Notes under the pieces: model-generated
Told to the model about the DNA's origin: nothing
The model's input: only the letters and a program-made list of their open reading frames with translations
Databases searched by the model: none
Shown: positions 30,942 to 39,855 of the stretch, in pieces
How the letters are laid out: the number at the start of each line of letters is the position of its first letter
Numbering within the stretch: position 1 is the first letter of the stretch
NCBI GenBank assembly: GCA_963665845.2
Contig: OY762492.1
Span: 1,152,001-1,216,000 of the forward strand
DNA: 64,000 nucleotides
DNA from: Candidatus Poribacteria bacterium
GTDB lineage: Bacteria > Poribacteria > WGA-4E > GCA-2687025
Direction: 5' to 3'
Program-made: the position numbers and the translations under genes

Positions 30942-31811
30942 TCAACCTTCACCGCGGCGCTCCGCGCCCGTTTTAATAAACGACAGCTCATCGCCTTCGG
31001 TTGCATAATCGACCTTGACGAGGCGCAACCCGCGCGCCGGCGCGGACGGACCCGCCGCCGATCTGTCGCGCGCCGCCAAGACAGCCCGCAGCCGCTCCGC
31101 CGCTTCCGCCTTTCCGACGCTCTCGTCAGGGGCGATCCAGCGGAAGGTTCCGACCATTGCGCGAACCATGCCGCGCAAAAAGCCGTTCGCCTTGACGCGC
31201 GTCTTCACCAGGCCGCCCTCGCGGAAGCAGACGCATTCATGGATTCGCCGCACGCTTGAGCGGGTCGATCCGCCTGTTTTTTGAAACGACGCAAAATCGA
31301 ACTCTCCGACCAGCTCGGCGCACATGGCGCTCCATACCGGCGCCGAAAGCCGCTTGCCCCAGTTCCACACATACCGGGCGCGCAGCGCGGACGGTTCAGG
31401 GCGGTTCCAAATCGTGTACTCGTAGGTTCGGCTCAAGGCGTCGAAGCGGGCGTGGAACGCGTCGGGGACGATCTCCGCCGACCGAACCGAGATGTCGCTC
31501 GGCAGGGCGCCGTTCAGGGCGCGTTGGAGTCCCGCCGGCGGGATATGGACGGGGGCGCGGAAGTTGGCGGTCTGCCCGCTGGCATGGACGCCGGCGTCGG
31601 TTCGCCCTGCGCCGACGATCCTGACCTCGATCTTCATGACGCGCTCCACCGCCTGTTCAACAACCGTCTGAACGGCGAGAGCGTTCGTTTGCGCCTGCCA
31701 GCCCGCGTAATCGGTTCCGTCATATTCCAGCGTCAGCTTGTAGTTGGGCGTGTCGTTCCTCCGCTTCTGCGCGCGGCGCGCCGTTTGGAGAGGGGGGAAT
31801 CTTTCTTTCAA
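30942..31811 (-). CDS. truA: tRNA pseudouridine synthase A (start uncertain: TTG at 31811 or ACG at 31751)
   Basis: YDGTDYAGWQ, GRTDAGVHA, FHARF and FLRGMVR motifs. Confidence 0.93.
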   Translation of the reverse strand: MKERFPPLQTARRAQKRRNDTPNYKLTLEYDGTDYAGWQAQTNALAVQTVVEQAVERVMKIEVRIVGAGRTDAGVHASGQTANFRAPVHIPPAGLQRALNGALPSDISVRSAEIVPDAFHARFDALSRTYEYTIWNRPEPSALRARYVWNWGKRLSAPVWSAMCAELVGEFDFASFQKTGGSTRSSVRRIHECVCFREGGLVKTRVKANGFLRGMVRAMVGTFRWIAPDESVGKAEAAERLRAVLAARDRSAAGPSAPARGLRLVKVDYATEGDELSFIKTGAERRGEG

Positions 31812-32559
31812 AGCGAGAGGATGAGAAACAGCGCGCTTCGTCCAGAAAGCGGCGCGCCGATTTCAGATGCCCCGCTTCGTTGAGAGCGTCCGCCAGTTTT
31901 TGACAGTAATCCGCCCGCTGCTTCTTCGTCGCGCCGAGCTGAAAGATCGGCTTCAGCGCTTGTTTCGGCTTCATCCGCCTGCCTGCTTCTCCGCCCGCTT
32001 TTTCGATGAGCCTGTCGAAACGCAGGCGGCGCGCGCGGCTCCGTATCTCCTCGGCAAACTTGCGGAAATGGGGGCGGCGCGCCTCCCGCGTCAAACAGCG
32101 TTCATACAGCAAGACCGCCGCGCCGCGCCGCCCGGCGTTTTCCAGCGCTTCCGCTGTCAGAAACTCGCAGTCCGCCGCGTCCTCCTCGTTCAGATACCGG
32201 CGCAGGTTGAGCGCGCCAACGGGCGTCTTGAGGCGCGTCAGCAGTTTATCGAGCGTCTCCAGCGCTTCTTCGGGCTGCTCCGCTAGAAGAAGCGCGAGGA
32301 GGTCGTAGCACAAGGTATGGGGCGTTTCGGGGCGCGGTTTTGTTTCGCGGTCATAGTCGCGCCGTTTCGCTTCATCGGTCAAGGTTTGATACGCTTCTAC
32401 GATCTCTTCAAACAGCGCATGGGCGCGCGGATTGCCGCGGTTTTTATCGGGATGCCTCCGCTTCGCCAGCGTCCGAAAAGCGCCGCGTATCTCCTGTTCA
32501 GAGGCGTCTCTTGAAACGCCCAGCGCGGCGTAATGATCCTGTGTCGAACGTCGTTTCAA
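31720..32559 (-). CDS. DnaJ-domain protein with a helical C-terminus
   Basis: DHYAALGV...RHPDKN...AYQTL..KRRDYD J-domain. Confidence 0.85.
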   Translation of the reverse strand: MKRRSTQDHYAALGVSRDASEQEIRGAFRTLAKRRHPDKNRGNPRAHALFEEIVEAYQTLTDEAKRRDYDRETKPRPETPHTLCYDLLALLLAEQPEEALETLDKLLTRLKTPVGALNLRRYLNEEDAADCEFLTAEALENAGRRGAAVLLYERCLTREARRPHFRKFAEEIRSRARRLRFDRLIEKAGGEAGRRMKPKQALKPIFQLGATKKQRADYCQKLADALNEAGHLKSARRFLDEARCFSSSRFERKIPPSPNGAPRAEAEERHAQLQADAGI

Positions 32560-32619
32560 TCTGCAGCTCTCATTCGCTCCGTTTCTTTATGTTAAAGTAA
32601 AACCGCCGCTTTGCCAACT

Positions 32620-32739
32620 GCCGCTTCCGCGGGGGCATGCGTTCCCGCCCCTTCGGTGAAACGCGCGGGAATCTAGAGGCGTCGCAGAAACCGCCCGCGT
32701 TCGCCCGCCGCCATGTCCCAACTTAAGACGTGAGGTCAG
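32620..32739. mobile_element. Partial MITE family A copy (reverse orientation)
   Basis: Ends in atgtcccaacttaagacgtgaggtcag. Confidence 0.75.
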
Positions 32740-32798
32740 AGGATAGATTGACAATCCAAGCGTATGGAGTATCATGCGTTAATGATAGGAGGAACGCC

Positions 32799-33842
32799 AT
32801 GAAAATCGCCATTGTCGGAGCGACCAGTTACACCAGCGTCGAATTGATACGCCTGCTCGCCGCGCATCCGGGCGGGATCGATCTTGCCGTTCTCACCTCG
32901 CGCACCGAAGCGGGCCGCCCCATCGTCGACTTCGCGCCGAACCTGCGCGGATACTGCGATTTGACGCTGGAGACGACCGCCGTTGAGACGCTGACAGGGC
33001 GCGTTGACGCCGCCGTACTTGCCGTCCCGCACCGCGCCGCGATGGAGTACGCCCCCGCGCTGCTGAACGAAGGCGTCCGCGTCCTGGATTTCAGCGCCGA
33101 CTACCGCCTCAAAGAGGTCTCCACCTATGAACGCTGGTACGACGCCGAGCATACCAGCCCCGAGCTGCTGCCGTCCGCCGTGTACGGTTTGCCGGAACTG
33201 TACCGTCAGAAAATCGCCGGCGCGGACCTTGTCGCCAATCCTGGCTGTTACCCGACGAGCGCCGTTTTTGCGTTACTTCCCGCCGTCGAGGAGCGTATGA
33301 TCGACATGGGCGGGATTGTTGTCGACTCGAAGTCTGGGCTGTCGGGCGCGGGGCGCAAGCTGAATGAAAAGATTCTGTTTTCGTCGCGGCAAGAAAATGT
33401 CGCCGCATACGGTATCGCCTCGCACCGCCACACGCCTGAAATGGAGCAGGAGCTGCAAGCGGCAAGCGGCAACCCTGATCTGCGCGTCGGGTTCACTCCC
33501 CATTATATGCCGATGACGCGCGGCATTCTGACGGCGGCTTATGCCCCCTTGACGCGCCCGCTTTCGCTGGAGGAGATTCATGCATTTTATGAGCGGCGCT
33601 ACGCGAATGAGCCGTTCATACAGACGCTCCCGCCGGGCGAATCCGCCGAAACGAAGGCGGTTTACGGCAGCAACAACGTCCATGTCGGCGTTGCGGTTGA
33701 TGAGCGCGTGAACAGGCTGATTGTCACGTGCGCGCTGGACAACCTCGGCAAAGGAGCCGCCGGCGCCGCGCTGCAGAACCTGAACCTGATGGCAGGGCTG
33801 GACGAGACGGCGGGGCTGCGCTTCCCGGGCGTCATGCCGTAG
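32799..33842 (+). CDS. argC: N-acetyl-gamma-glutamyl-phosphate reductase
   Basis: SADYRL, YGLPE, ANPGCYPT, SGLSGAG, HRHTPE and DNLGKGAAG motifs. Confidence 0.96.
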   Translation: MKIAIVGATSYTSVELIRLLAAHPGGIDLAVLTSRTEAGRPIVDFAPNLRGYCDLTLETTAVETLTGRVDAAVLAVPHRAAMEYAPALLNEGVRVLDFSADYRLKEVSTYERWYDAEHTSPELLPSAVYGLPELYRQKIAGADLVANPGCYPTSAVFALLPAVEERMIDMGGIVVDSKSGLSGAGRKLNEKILFSSRQENVAAYGIASHRHTPEMEQELQAASGNPDLRVGFTPHYMPMTRGILTAAYAPLTRPLSLEEIHAFYERRYANEPFIQTLPPGESAETKAVYGSNNVHVGVAVDERVNRLIVTCALDNLGKGAAGAALQNLNLMAGLDETAGLRFPGVMP

Positions 33843-33853
33843 AAAGACGCAGG

Positions 33854-35056
33854 ATGAACCTGAAAAATCGGACGCTGTTTATCGCGGACAATCTGGACAT
33901 CATGCGCGGGATCGATTCGGAGAGCGTCGACCTGATTTATCTGGACCCGCCTTTCAACAAGAAGAAGCGGTTTAAGGCGCCCATCGGATCCCCTGCTGAA
34001 GGGGCGACATTCAAGGACATTTGGACAGACGAAGACGTCAAAGAGGAATGGCGCGGAGAAATCGCTGCCCAGCATCAAGACCTGTACGGCGCAATCAAAT
34101 TGGTCGGCTCCATCTACGACGAGTCGATGGCGATCTACATGACGGCGATGTCGATCCGTCTTTTTGAAATGCAGCGCATCTTGAAAAAAACGGGCAGCGT
34201 CTATCTCCATTGCGATCCGACAGCGAGCCATTACCTGAAAATCTGCATGGACAGCATCTTCGGAAAATCCAGTTTCCAAAACGAAATCGCATGGGCTTAC
34301 CGCACAGGCGGCGTGAGTAAAAAACGATGGCCTCGAAAGCATGACACGATTCTGTTCTATGCAAGCTCGAACGCTTACCGCCATCAGCCGCCAAAGGAAA
34401 GAATCTATTACGAGAAACCGTTTTTTTCCCAAAACCAAGACGATGAAGGGCGCCATTACGCTGACGTCTATGTTCGAGACGTTTGGGACGACATTAAGCC
34501 GATTATCAACACATCCAAAGAGCGCACCGGCTGGCCGACGCAGAAGCCGCTGACGCTGTTAGAGCGCATTATCAAAGCCTCTTCGAACGAAGGGGATCTT
34601 GTGTTTGACCCGTTCTGCGGCTGCGCGACGGCATGCGTCGCCGCCGAACTTCTAGGGCGGCGTTGGGTCGGCATTGACATATCGGCCAGCGCCGAGGTGA
34701 TCACAAAATACCGCCTGGATGAGGCGCGGCATAATCTGGAAGGGACGCAAACCTTCGACCCTGAAGCGGATGTGATCGTCCTGCGCGAGCCGCCGAAGCG
34801 CACCGACATCCAGATTCCGAAGCCGATTGAACATAAACCGGCTCTCTACGGCAAACAGAACGGAGAATGCGCAGGCTGCAAGATTCATTTTCCGTATCGG
34901 AACATGACAATCGACCATATCCATCCGCGCGCTAGAGGCGGCGCCGACACGCCCGACAACTTGCAGCTGCTGTGCCACGCCTGCAACTCTGCCAAGGGAA
35001 CAGGGACGCAGGAGGAGCTGTTAGCGAAGTTGCGCGATCGGGGCGTTATTGAATAA
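33854..35056 (+). CDS. Beta-class DNA methyltransferase-HNH endonuclease fusion, copy 1
   Basis: DPPF motif IV, TQKP, DPFCGCAT motif I, then CxxC..DHIHP..GG..NLQLLCHACN. Confidence 0.9.
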   Translation: MNLKNRTLFIADNLDIMRGIDSESVDLIYLDPPFNKKKRFKAPIGSPAEGATFKDIWTDEDVKEEWRGEIAAQHQDLYGAIKLVGSIYDESMAIYMTAMSIRLFEMQRILKKTGSVYLHCDPTASHYLKICMDSIFGKSSFQNEIAWAYRTGGVSKKRWPRKHDTILFYASSNAYRHQPPKERIYYEKPFFSQNQDDEGRHYADVYVRDVWDDIKPIINTSKERTGWPTQKPLTLLERIIKASSNEGDLVFDPFCGCATACVAAELLGRRWVGIDISASAEVITKYRLDEARHNLEGTQTFDPEADVIVLREPPKRTDIQIPKPIEHKPALYGKQNGECAGCKIHFPYRNMTIDHIHPRARGGADTPDNLQLLCHACNSAKGTGTQEELLAKLRDRGVIE

Positions 35057-35068
35057 GGGAGAGCGAAC

Positions 35069-36280
35069 ATGAACCTGAAAAATCGGACGCTGTTTATCGC
35101 CGACAATCTGGACATCATGCGCGGGATCGATTCGGAGAGCGTTGACCTGATCTATCTTGACCCGCCCTTCAACACGAAGCGGGAGTATAAAGCTCCGATC
35201 GGATCGCCCGCTGAAGGCGCGACTTTCAAAGACATCTGGACAGACGAAGACGTCAAGGAAGAGTGGCGCGGGGAAATCGCTGCCCAGCATCAAGACCTGT
35301 ATGAAGTCATTAAAGCGGCGGACGCGCTCTACGATCCATCGATGTCGATCTACATGACCGCTATGGCTGTCCGTCTTTTTGAAATGAAGCGCATTTTGAA
35401 AAAAACGGGGTGCGTTTACCTGCATTGCGACCCGACAGCGAGCCACTACCTTAAGATCATTATGGACTCGATCTTCAAGGCAGGGAATTTCCAAAGCGAG
35501 GTGATATGGGGGTATCGGACGCAGGGCGTGAGCAAAGCGAGATGGCCCAGAAAGCATGATGTGCTTTTACATTACGGCGGCGGAAAGAAGCCGACCTTCC
35601 ATCCGCAGATGCAGCGACTCATCTATGAAAAGCCGTTTCGCCATACGAAAATAGACGAGGAGGGGCGGCATTATGCGGATGTGTATGTGCGGGATGTTTG
35701 GGACGACGACCCTGAAACGAAGGCTCTAATCAGCCAGTCTCTAGAGCGCACCGGCTGGCCGACGCAGAAACCGTTGGCGCTGCTGAAGCGCATTATCAAG
35801 GCGTCCTCCAACGAAGGCGATCTTGTGTTTGATCCGTTCTGCGGCTGCGCGACCGCATGCGTCGCCGCGGAGCTTCTAGGGCGGCGATGGGTCGGCATCG
35901 ATATTTCTCCAAGCGCGGAGGTCATCACGAAATACCGGCTGGACGAGGCGCGGCATAACCTGGAAGGAACGCAAACCTTCGACCCAGAAGCGGATGTGAT
36001 CGTTCTGCGCGAACCGCCGAAACGTACCGATATTCAGATTCCAAAGCCGATTGAACATAAACCGGCTCTCTACGGCAAACAGAACGGAGAATGCACAGGC
36101 TGCAAGATTCATTTTCCGTATCGGAACATGACGATCGACCATATCCATCCGCGCGCTAGAGGCGGCGCCGACACGCCCGACAACCTGCAGCTGCTGTGCC
36201 ATGCATGCAACTCGGCTAAAGGAACCGGGACCCAAGAGGAGCTGTTAGTGAAGTTGCGCGAGCGCGGCGTTATCAAATAA
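35069..36280 (+). CDS. Beta-class DNA methyltransferase-HNH fusion, copy 2
   Basis: Same architecture with a different central segment (35516-35743). Confidence 0.9.
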   Translation: MNLKNRTLFIADNLDIMRGIDSESVDLIYLDPPFNTKREYKAPIGSPAEGATFKDIWTDEDVKEEWRGEIAAQHQDLYEVIKAADALYDPSMSIYMTAMAVRLFEMKRILKKTGCVYLHCDPTASHYLKIIMDSIFKAGNFQSEVIWGYRTQGVSKARWPRKHDVLLHYGGGKKPTFHPQMQRLIYEKPFRHTKIDEEGRHYADVYVRDVWDDDPETKALISQSLERTGWPTQKPLALLKRIIKASSNEGDLVFDPFCGCATACVAAELLGRRWVGIDISPSAEVITKYRLDEARHNLEGTQTFDPEADVIVLREPPKRTDIQIPKPIEHKPALYGKQNGECTGCKIHFPYRNMTIDHIHPRARGGADTPDNLQLLCHACNSAKGTGTQEELLVKLRERGVIK

Positions 36281-36292
36281 GGGAGAGCGAAC

Positions 36293-37555
36293 ATGAACCT
36301 GAAAAATCGGACGCTGTTTATCGCCGACAATCTGGACATCATGCGCGGGATCGATTCGGAGAGCGTTGACCTGATTTATCTGGACCCGCCTTTCAACAAG
36401 AAAAAGCGGTTTAAGGCGCCCATCGGATCTCCCGCTGAAGGGGCGACATTCAAGGACATTTGGACAGACGAAGACGTCAAAGAAGAGTGGCGCGGGGAAA
36501 TCGCGTCGCGGCATCAAGACCTGTATGACAACATCCAAACGGCGGGAAAGATTTACGATCCGTCAATGGCGATCTACATGACGGCGATGTCGGTGCGCCT
36601 CTTTGAAATGCGGCGGATTTTGAAAAAGACCGGCAGCATCTACCTGCATTGCGACCAGACGGCGAACCATTACCTGAAAGTCTGTATGGACGCCATCTTC
36701 GGCAAAAACAACTTTCGCAACGAGATCATCTGGGCGTATAAGGGTCCGTCCAACGTCCGCCGCTGGTTTCCTAGAAAACATGATGTCGTCCTGTTTTATG
36801 TCAAGTCGAGAGCCGCTGCCTTCAATGCGGACGCTGTCCGCATCCCTTACAGCGAATCGTTCACTGCCAGAAGACAATACGACGAAGGCGAAGCGGGCAT
36901 CACAGCTGGCTATGCTGACGGCAGAACAGAAGAGGAAGTCTCGGAGCTGTTTGGGAATGGAAAAATTATCGAAGACTGGTGGGACGATATACCGAGCGGC
37001 GGACATATCAGCCGAAAAGAGCGCACCGGCTGGCCGACGCAGAAGCCGCTCAAGCTGTTAGACCGCGTCATCAAGGCGTCCTCCAACGAGGGCGATCTTG
37101 TGTTTGATCCGTTCTGCGGCTGCGCGACAGCATGCGTCGCCGCGGAACTTCTGGGCAGGCGTTGGGTCGGCATCGACATATCGGCCAGCGCGGAGGTGAT
37201 CACAAAATACCGCCTGGATGAGGCGCGGCATAACCTGGAAGGGACGCAAACCTTCGATCCTGAAGCGGATGTGATCGTTCTGCGCGAACCGCCGAAGCGT
37301 ACCGATATTCAGATTCCGAAGCCGATTGAACATAAACCGGCGCTCTACGGCAAACAGAACGGAGAATGCGCAGGCTGCAAGATTCATTTTCCGTATCGGA
37401 ATATGACAATTGACCATATACGCCCGCGCGCTAGAGGCGGCGTTGACACCGTCGACAACCTGCAGCTGCTGTGCCACGCCTGCAACTCCGCCAAAGGGAC
37501 CGGGACGCAGGAGGAGCTGATAGCGAAGTTGCGCGAGCGGGGCGTTATTGAATGA
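36293..37555 (+). CDS. Beta-class DNA methyltransferase-HNH fusion, copy 3
   Basis: Same architecture with a different, longer central segment (36740-37018). Confidence 0.9.
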   Translation: MNLKNRTLFIADNLDIMRGIDSESVDLIYLDPPFNKKKRFKAPIGSPAEGATFKDIWTDEDVKEEWRGEIASRHQDLYDNIQTAGKIYDPSMAIYMTAMSVRLFEMRRILKKTGSIYLHCDQTANHYLKVCMDAIFGKNNFRNEIIWAYKGPSNVRRWFPRKHDVVLFYVKSRAAAFNADAVRIPYSESFTARRQYDEGEAGITAGYADGRTEEEVSELFGNGKIIEDWWDDIPSGGHISRKERTGWPTQKPLKLLDRVIKASSNEGDLVFDPFCGCATACVAAELLGRRWVGIDISASAEVITKYRLDEARHNLEGTQTFDPEADVIVLREPPKRTDIQIPKPIEHKPALYGKQNGECAGCKIHFPYRNMTIDHIRPRARGGVDTVDNLQLLCHACNSAKGTGTQEELIAKLRERGVIE

Positions 37556-37627
37556 GCGGCGCTCAATGGACAACTGCGAGCTTTTACGTTATTCTTATGG
37601 TGTCAGGCGAAATAGAAAGGATGCAGC

Positions 37628-37933
37628 ATGGCGACCATTACGCGCGTTTCCGGCGGATTTAAGAACGATGCGCTGTCTTTGAAAATTACAAGCGGATCGT
37701 TGATTGAGTGGACAGACAGCCGCGGCGTCGGAAACTGGATCGTAGTGGAAGCGAACGGAACGCTTGAAGGCCAATGCTCATTCGGCGGCGGTCTTGGCGA
37801 TGTGAAGCTGATTTCTGAAGACAAGGTGTTTGTCGGGCAAGCGCTGATCAAACACGCGCAGATAACGCCGATGTCGACACGATTTGATCTGCTGGGAACG
37901 GACGATCTTGTACGTCAAAGGCTGGAGCCGTGA
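37628..37933 (+). CDS. Hypothetical 101-aa protein inside the MTase-HNH array
   Basis: Upstream AAGGA; its stop overlaps the start of copy 4 (GTGA). Confidence 0.6.
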   Translation: MATITRVSGGFKNDALSLKITSGSLIEWTDSRGVGNWIVVEANGTLEGQCSFGGGLGDVKLISEDKVFVGQALIKHAQITPMSTRFDLLGTDDLVRQRLEP

Positions 37934-39150
37934 ATCTCAAAAATCGCACGCTGTTTATCGCCGACAATCTGGACATCATGCGCGGGATCGATTCCGAAAG
38001 CGTTGACCTGATTTATCTTGACCCGCCCTTCAACACGAAACGGGAGTATAAAGCCCCCATCGGATCGCCCGCTGAAGGCGCGACTTTCAAAGACATTTGG
38101 ACAGACGAAGACGTCAAAGAAGAATGGCGCGGAGAGATCGCGTCGCGGCATCAGGATTTATACGAAGCCATCAAAGCGACCGAGACGATTTACGACAGGT
38201 CAATGGCGATCTACATGACCTCCATGTCGATCCGTCTTTTTGAGATGCGGCGCATCTTGAAAGATACGGGAAGCATTTACCTGCATTGCGACCCGACAGC
38301 GAGCCACTACCTCAAAACATGCATGGACAGCATTTTTGGAAAATCCAATTTCCGAAATGAGATCGTGTGGTGGTACTACAATGTCGCCGTCACCAGCAAA
38401 AAATTCTACGGCAGAAAGCACGACATCATCTTATTCTACTCAAAGAAATCGAACTGGACATTCAATCCTGACAGCGTCCGCGTTCCTTACGCGGAGGACA
38501 GCAACTGGGTCAAAAATGCGGAAAGCTACGGAGACGAGCGGTATAAGCCAGACGAGAGAGGAAAATTGTCGTCCGACGTTTTTGCGATTCCAACCATAAA
38601 CAACATGGCTAAAGAGCGCACGGGTTGGCCGACTCAAAAGCCGTTGGCTCTTTTGGATCGGATCATCAAAGCGTCCTCCAAAGAAGGCGATTATGTGTTC
38701 GATCCGTTTTGCGGCTGCGCGACAGCATGCGTCGCCGCGGAACTTCTGGGCAGGCGGTGGGTCGGCATCGACATCTCCCCCAGCGCGGAGGTGATCACAA
38801 AATACCGCTTAGACGAAGCCCGCCATACGCTGGAAGGAACGCAGACCTTCGACCCTGAAGCGGATGTCATCGTCCTGCGCGAACCGCCGAAACGAACCGA
38901 CATCAAAGAGCCTCGCCCCGCCGATTTCAAACCGCAGCTCTACAGTAAGCAGAACGGAGAATGCACAGGCTGCAGGATTCATTTTCCGTATCGGAACATG
39001 ACGATAGACCATATCCGCGCAAAGTCGAGGGGCGGGCCGGACACCGTCGACAACCTGCAGCTGCTTTGCCACGCCTGTAACTCCGCCAAAGGGACCGGGA
39101 CGCAGGAGGAGCTGTTAGCGAAGTTGCGAGAGCGCGGCGTTATCGAATAA
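37930..39150 (+). CDS. Beta-class DNA methyltransferase-HNH fusion, copy 4
   Basis: Same architecture; central segment 38377-38613. Confidence 0.9.
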   Translation: MNLKNRTLFIADNLDIMRGIDSESVDLIYLDPPFNTKREYKAPIGSPAEGATFKDIWTDEDVKEEWRGEIASRHQDLYEAIKATETIYDRSMAIYMTSMSIRLFEMRRILKDTGSIYLHCDPTASHYLKTCMDSIFGKSNFRNEIVWWYYNVAVTSKKFYGRKHDIILFYSKKSNWTFNPDSVRVPYAEDSNWVKNAESYGDERYKPDERGKLSSDVFAIPTINNMAKERTGWPTQKPLALLDRIIKASSKEGDYVFDPFCGCATACVAAELLGRRWVGIDISPSAEVITKYRLDEARHTLEGTQTFDPEADVIVLREPPKRTDIKEPRPADFKPQLYSKQNGECTGCRIHFPYRNMTIDHIRAKSRGGPDTVDNLQLLCHACNSAKGTGTQEELLAKLRERGVIE

Positions 39151-39279
39151 ATTTGACACCAAGCTACGAATATGGCATGGTTATGTTCGGTCGTTCAGAT
39201 ACGCTGGGTCGCAAGAAACTTCAAGGTCGCGCGTTGCCTACTGAAGTAAGCTGACGCGCAAACACATAAGGGGTTCAAC

Positions 39280-39744
39280 ATGTGGGTGGTAAAAGAGGAT
39301 AAAGTTCATCTTTACTTTGTGGTATGGAATTCTCATATCCAGATCGCGGAGGACAACAACGCAAAACATGGGCGATCCGACAGCGCATTCGATTACGCCT
39401 TGAGAGAAATTCCAGGCATTGAACATCATGATGGGAGTCATGACGTTACCGCTGCATATCCGTTCTCTGATGGGGAACTCGTTCACGGAGAACGCTTAAA
39501 GGCATGGCTCAAAGCAGAAAGAGACGGCGACGATGTTGGTCCGATCGTTGTCGATATTACGAAGGATGGCAACGAGTGGAAAGCGGAGATTATTAACTTT
39601 GAACCTGACGCGGATGGAAGTCGCAGCAAAATCTATGGCAACAGAAGAAATACAAGCGACGATCCGCAAAGAGGTAGGAATAATTTAATAAGATTTTTGG
39701 AAGAATTAGCGGAAATAAAGCGAAATCAGAATGAACGCAGCTGA
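39280..39744 (+). CDS. Hypothetical protein, lower GC than its flanks
   Basis: 154-aa ORF with an AAGGGG RBS; no recognisable motif. Confidence 0.6.
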   Translation: MWVVKEDKVHLYFVVWNSHIQIAEDNNAKHGRSDSAFDYALREIPGIEHHDGSHDVTAAYPFSDGELVHGERLKAWLKAERDGDDVGPIVVDITKDGNEWKAEIINFEPDADGSRSKIYGNRRNTSDDPQRGRNNLIRFLEELAEIKRNQNERS

Positions 39745-39855
39745 AGTGCTTTCTTTCAGTTTTTCGCTAGCCAAGGCCTGCATCCACACCGCCAAAAGAT
39801 AGCGCCCTCGCCCTCTTTGCGCTAAAATGCGTTTATCGCAAGTTGAGGGCAAAAC

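Noticed and set aside
33843-39790. Integron cassette array or invertase shufflon
   Set aside because: There are no attC-like hairpins (spacers are 12 bp), no integrase or invertase, and all copies are direct and full-length.
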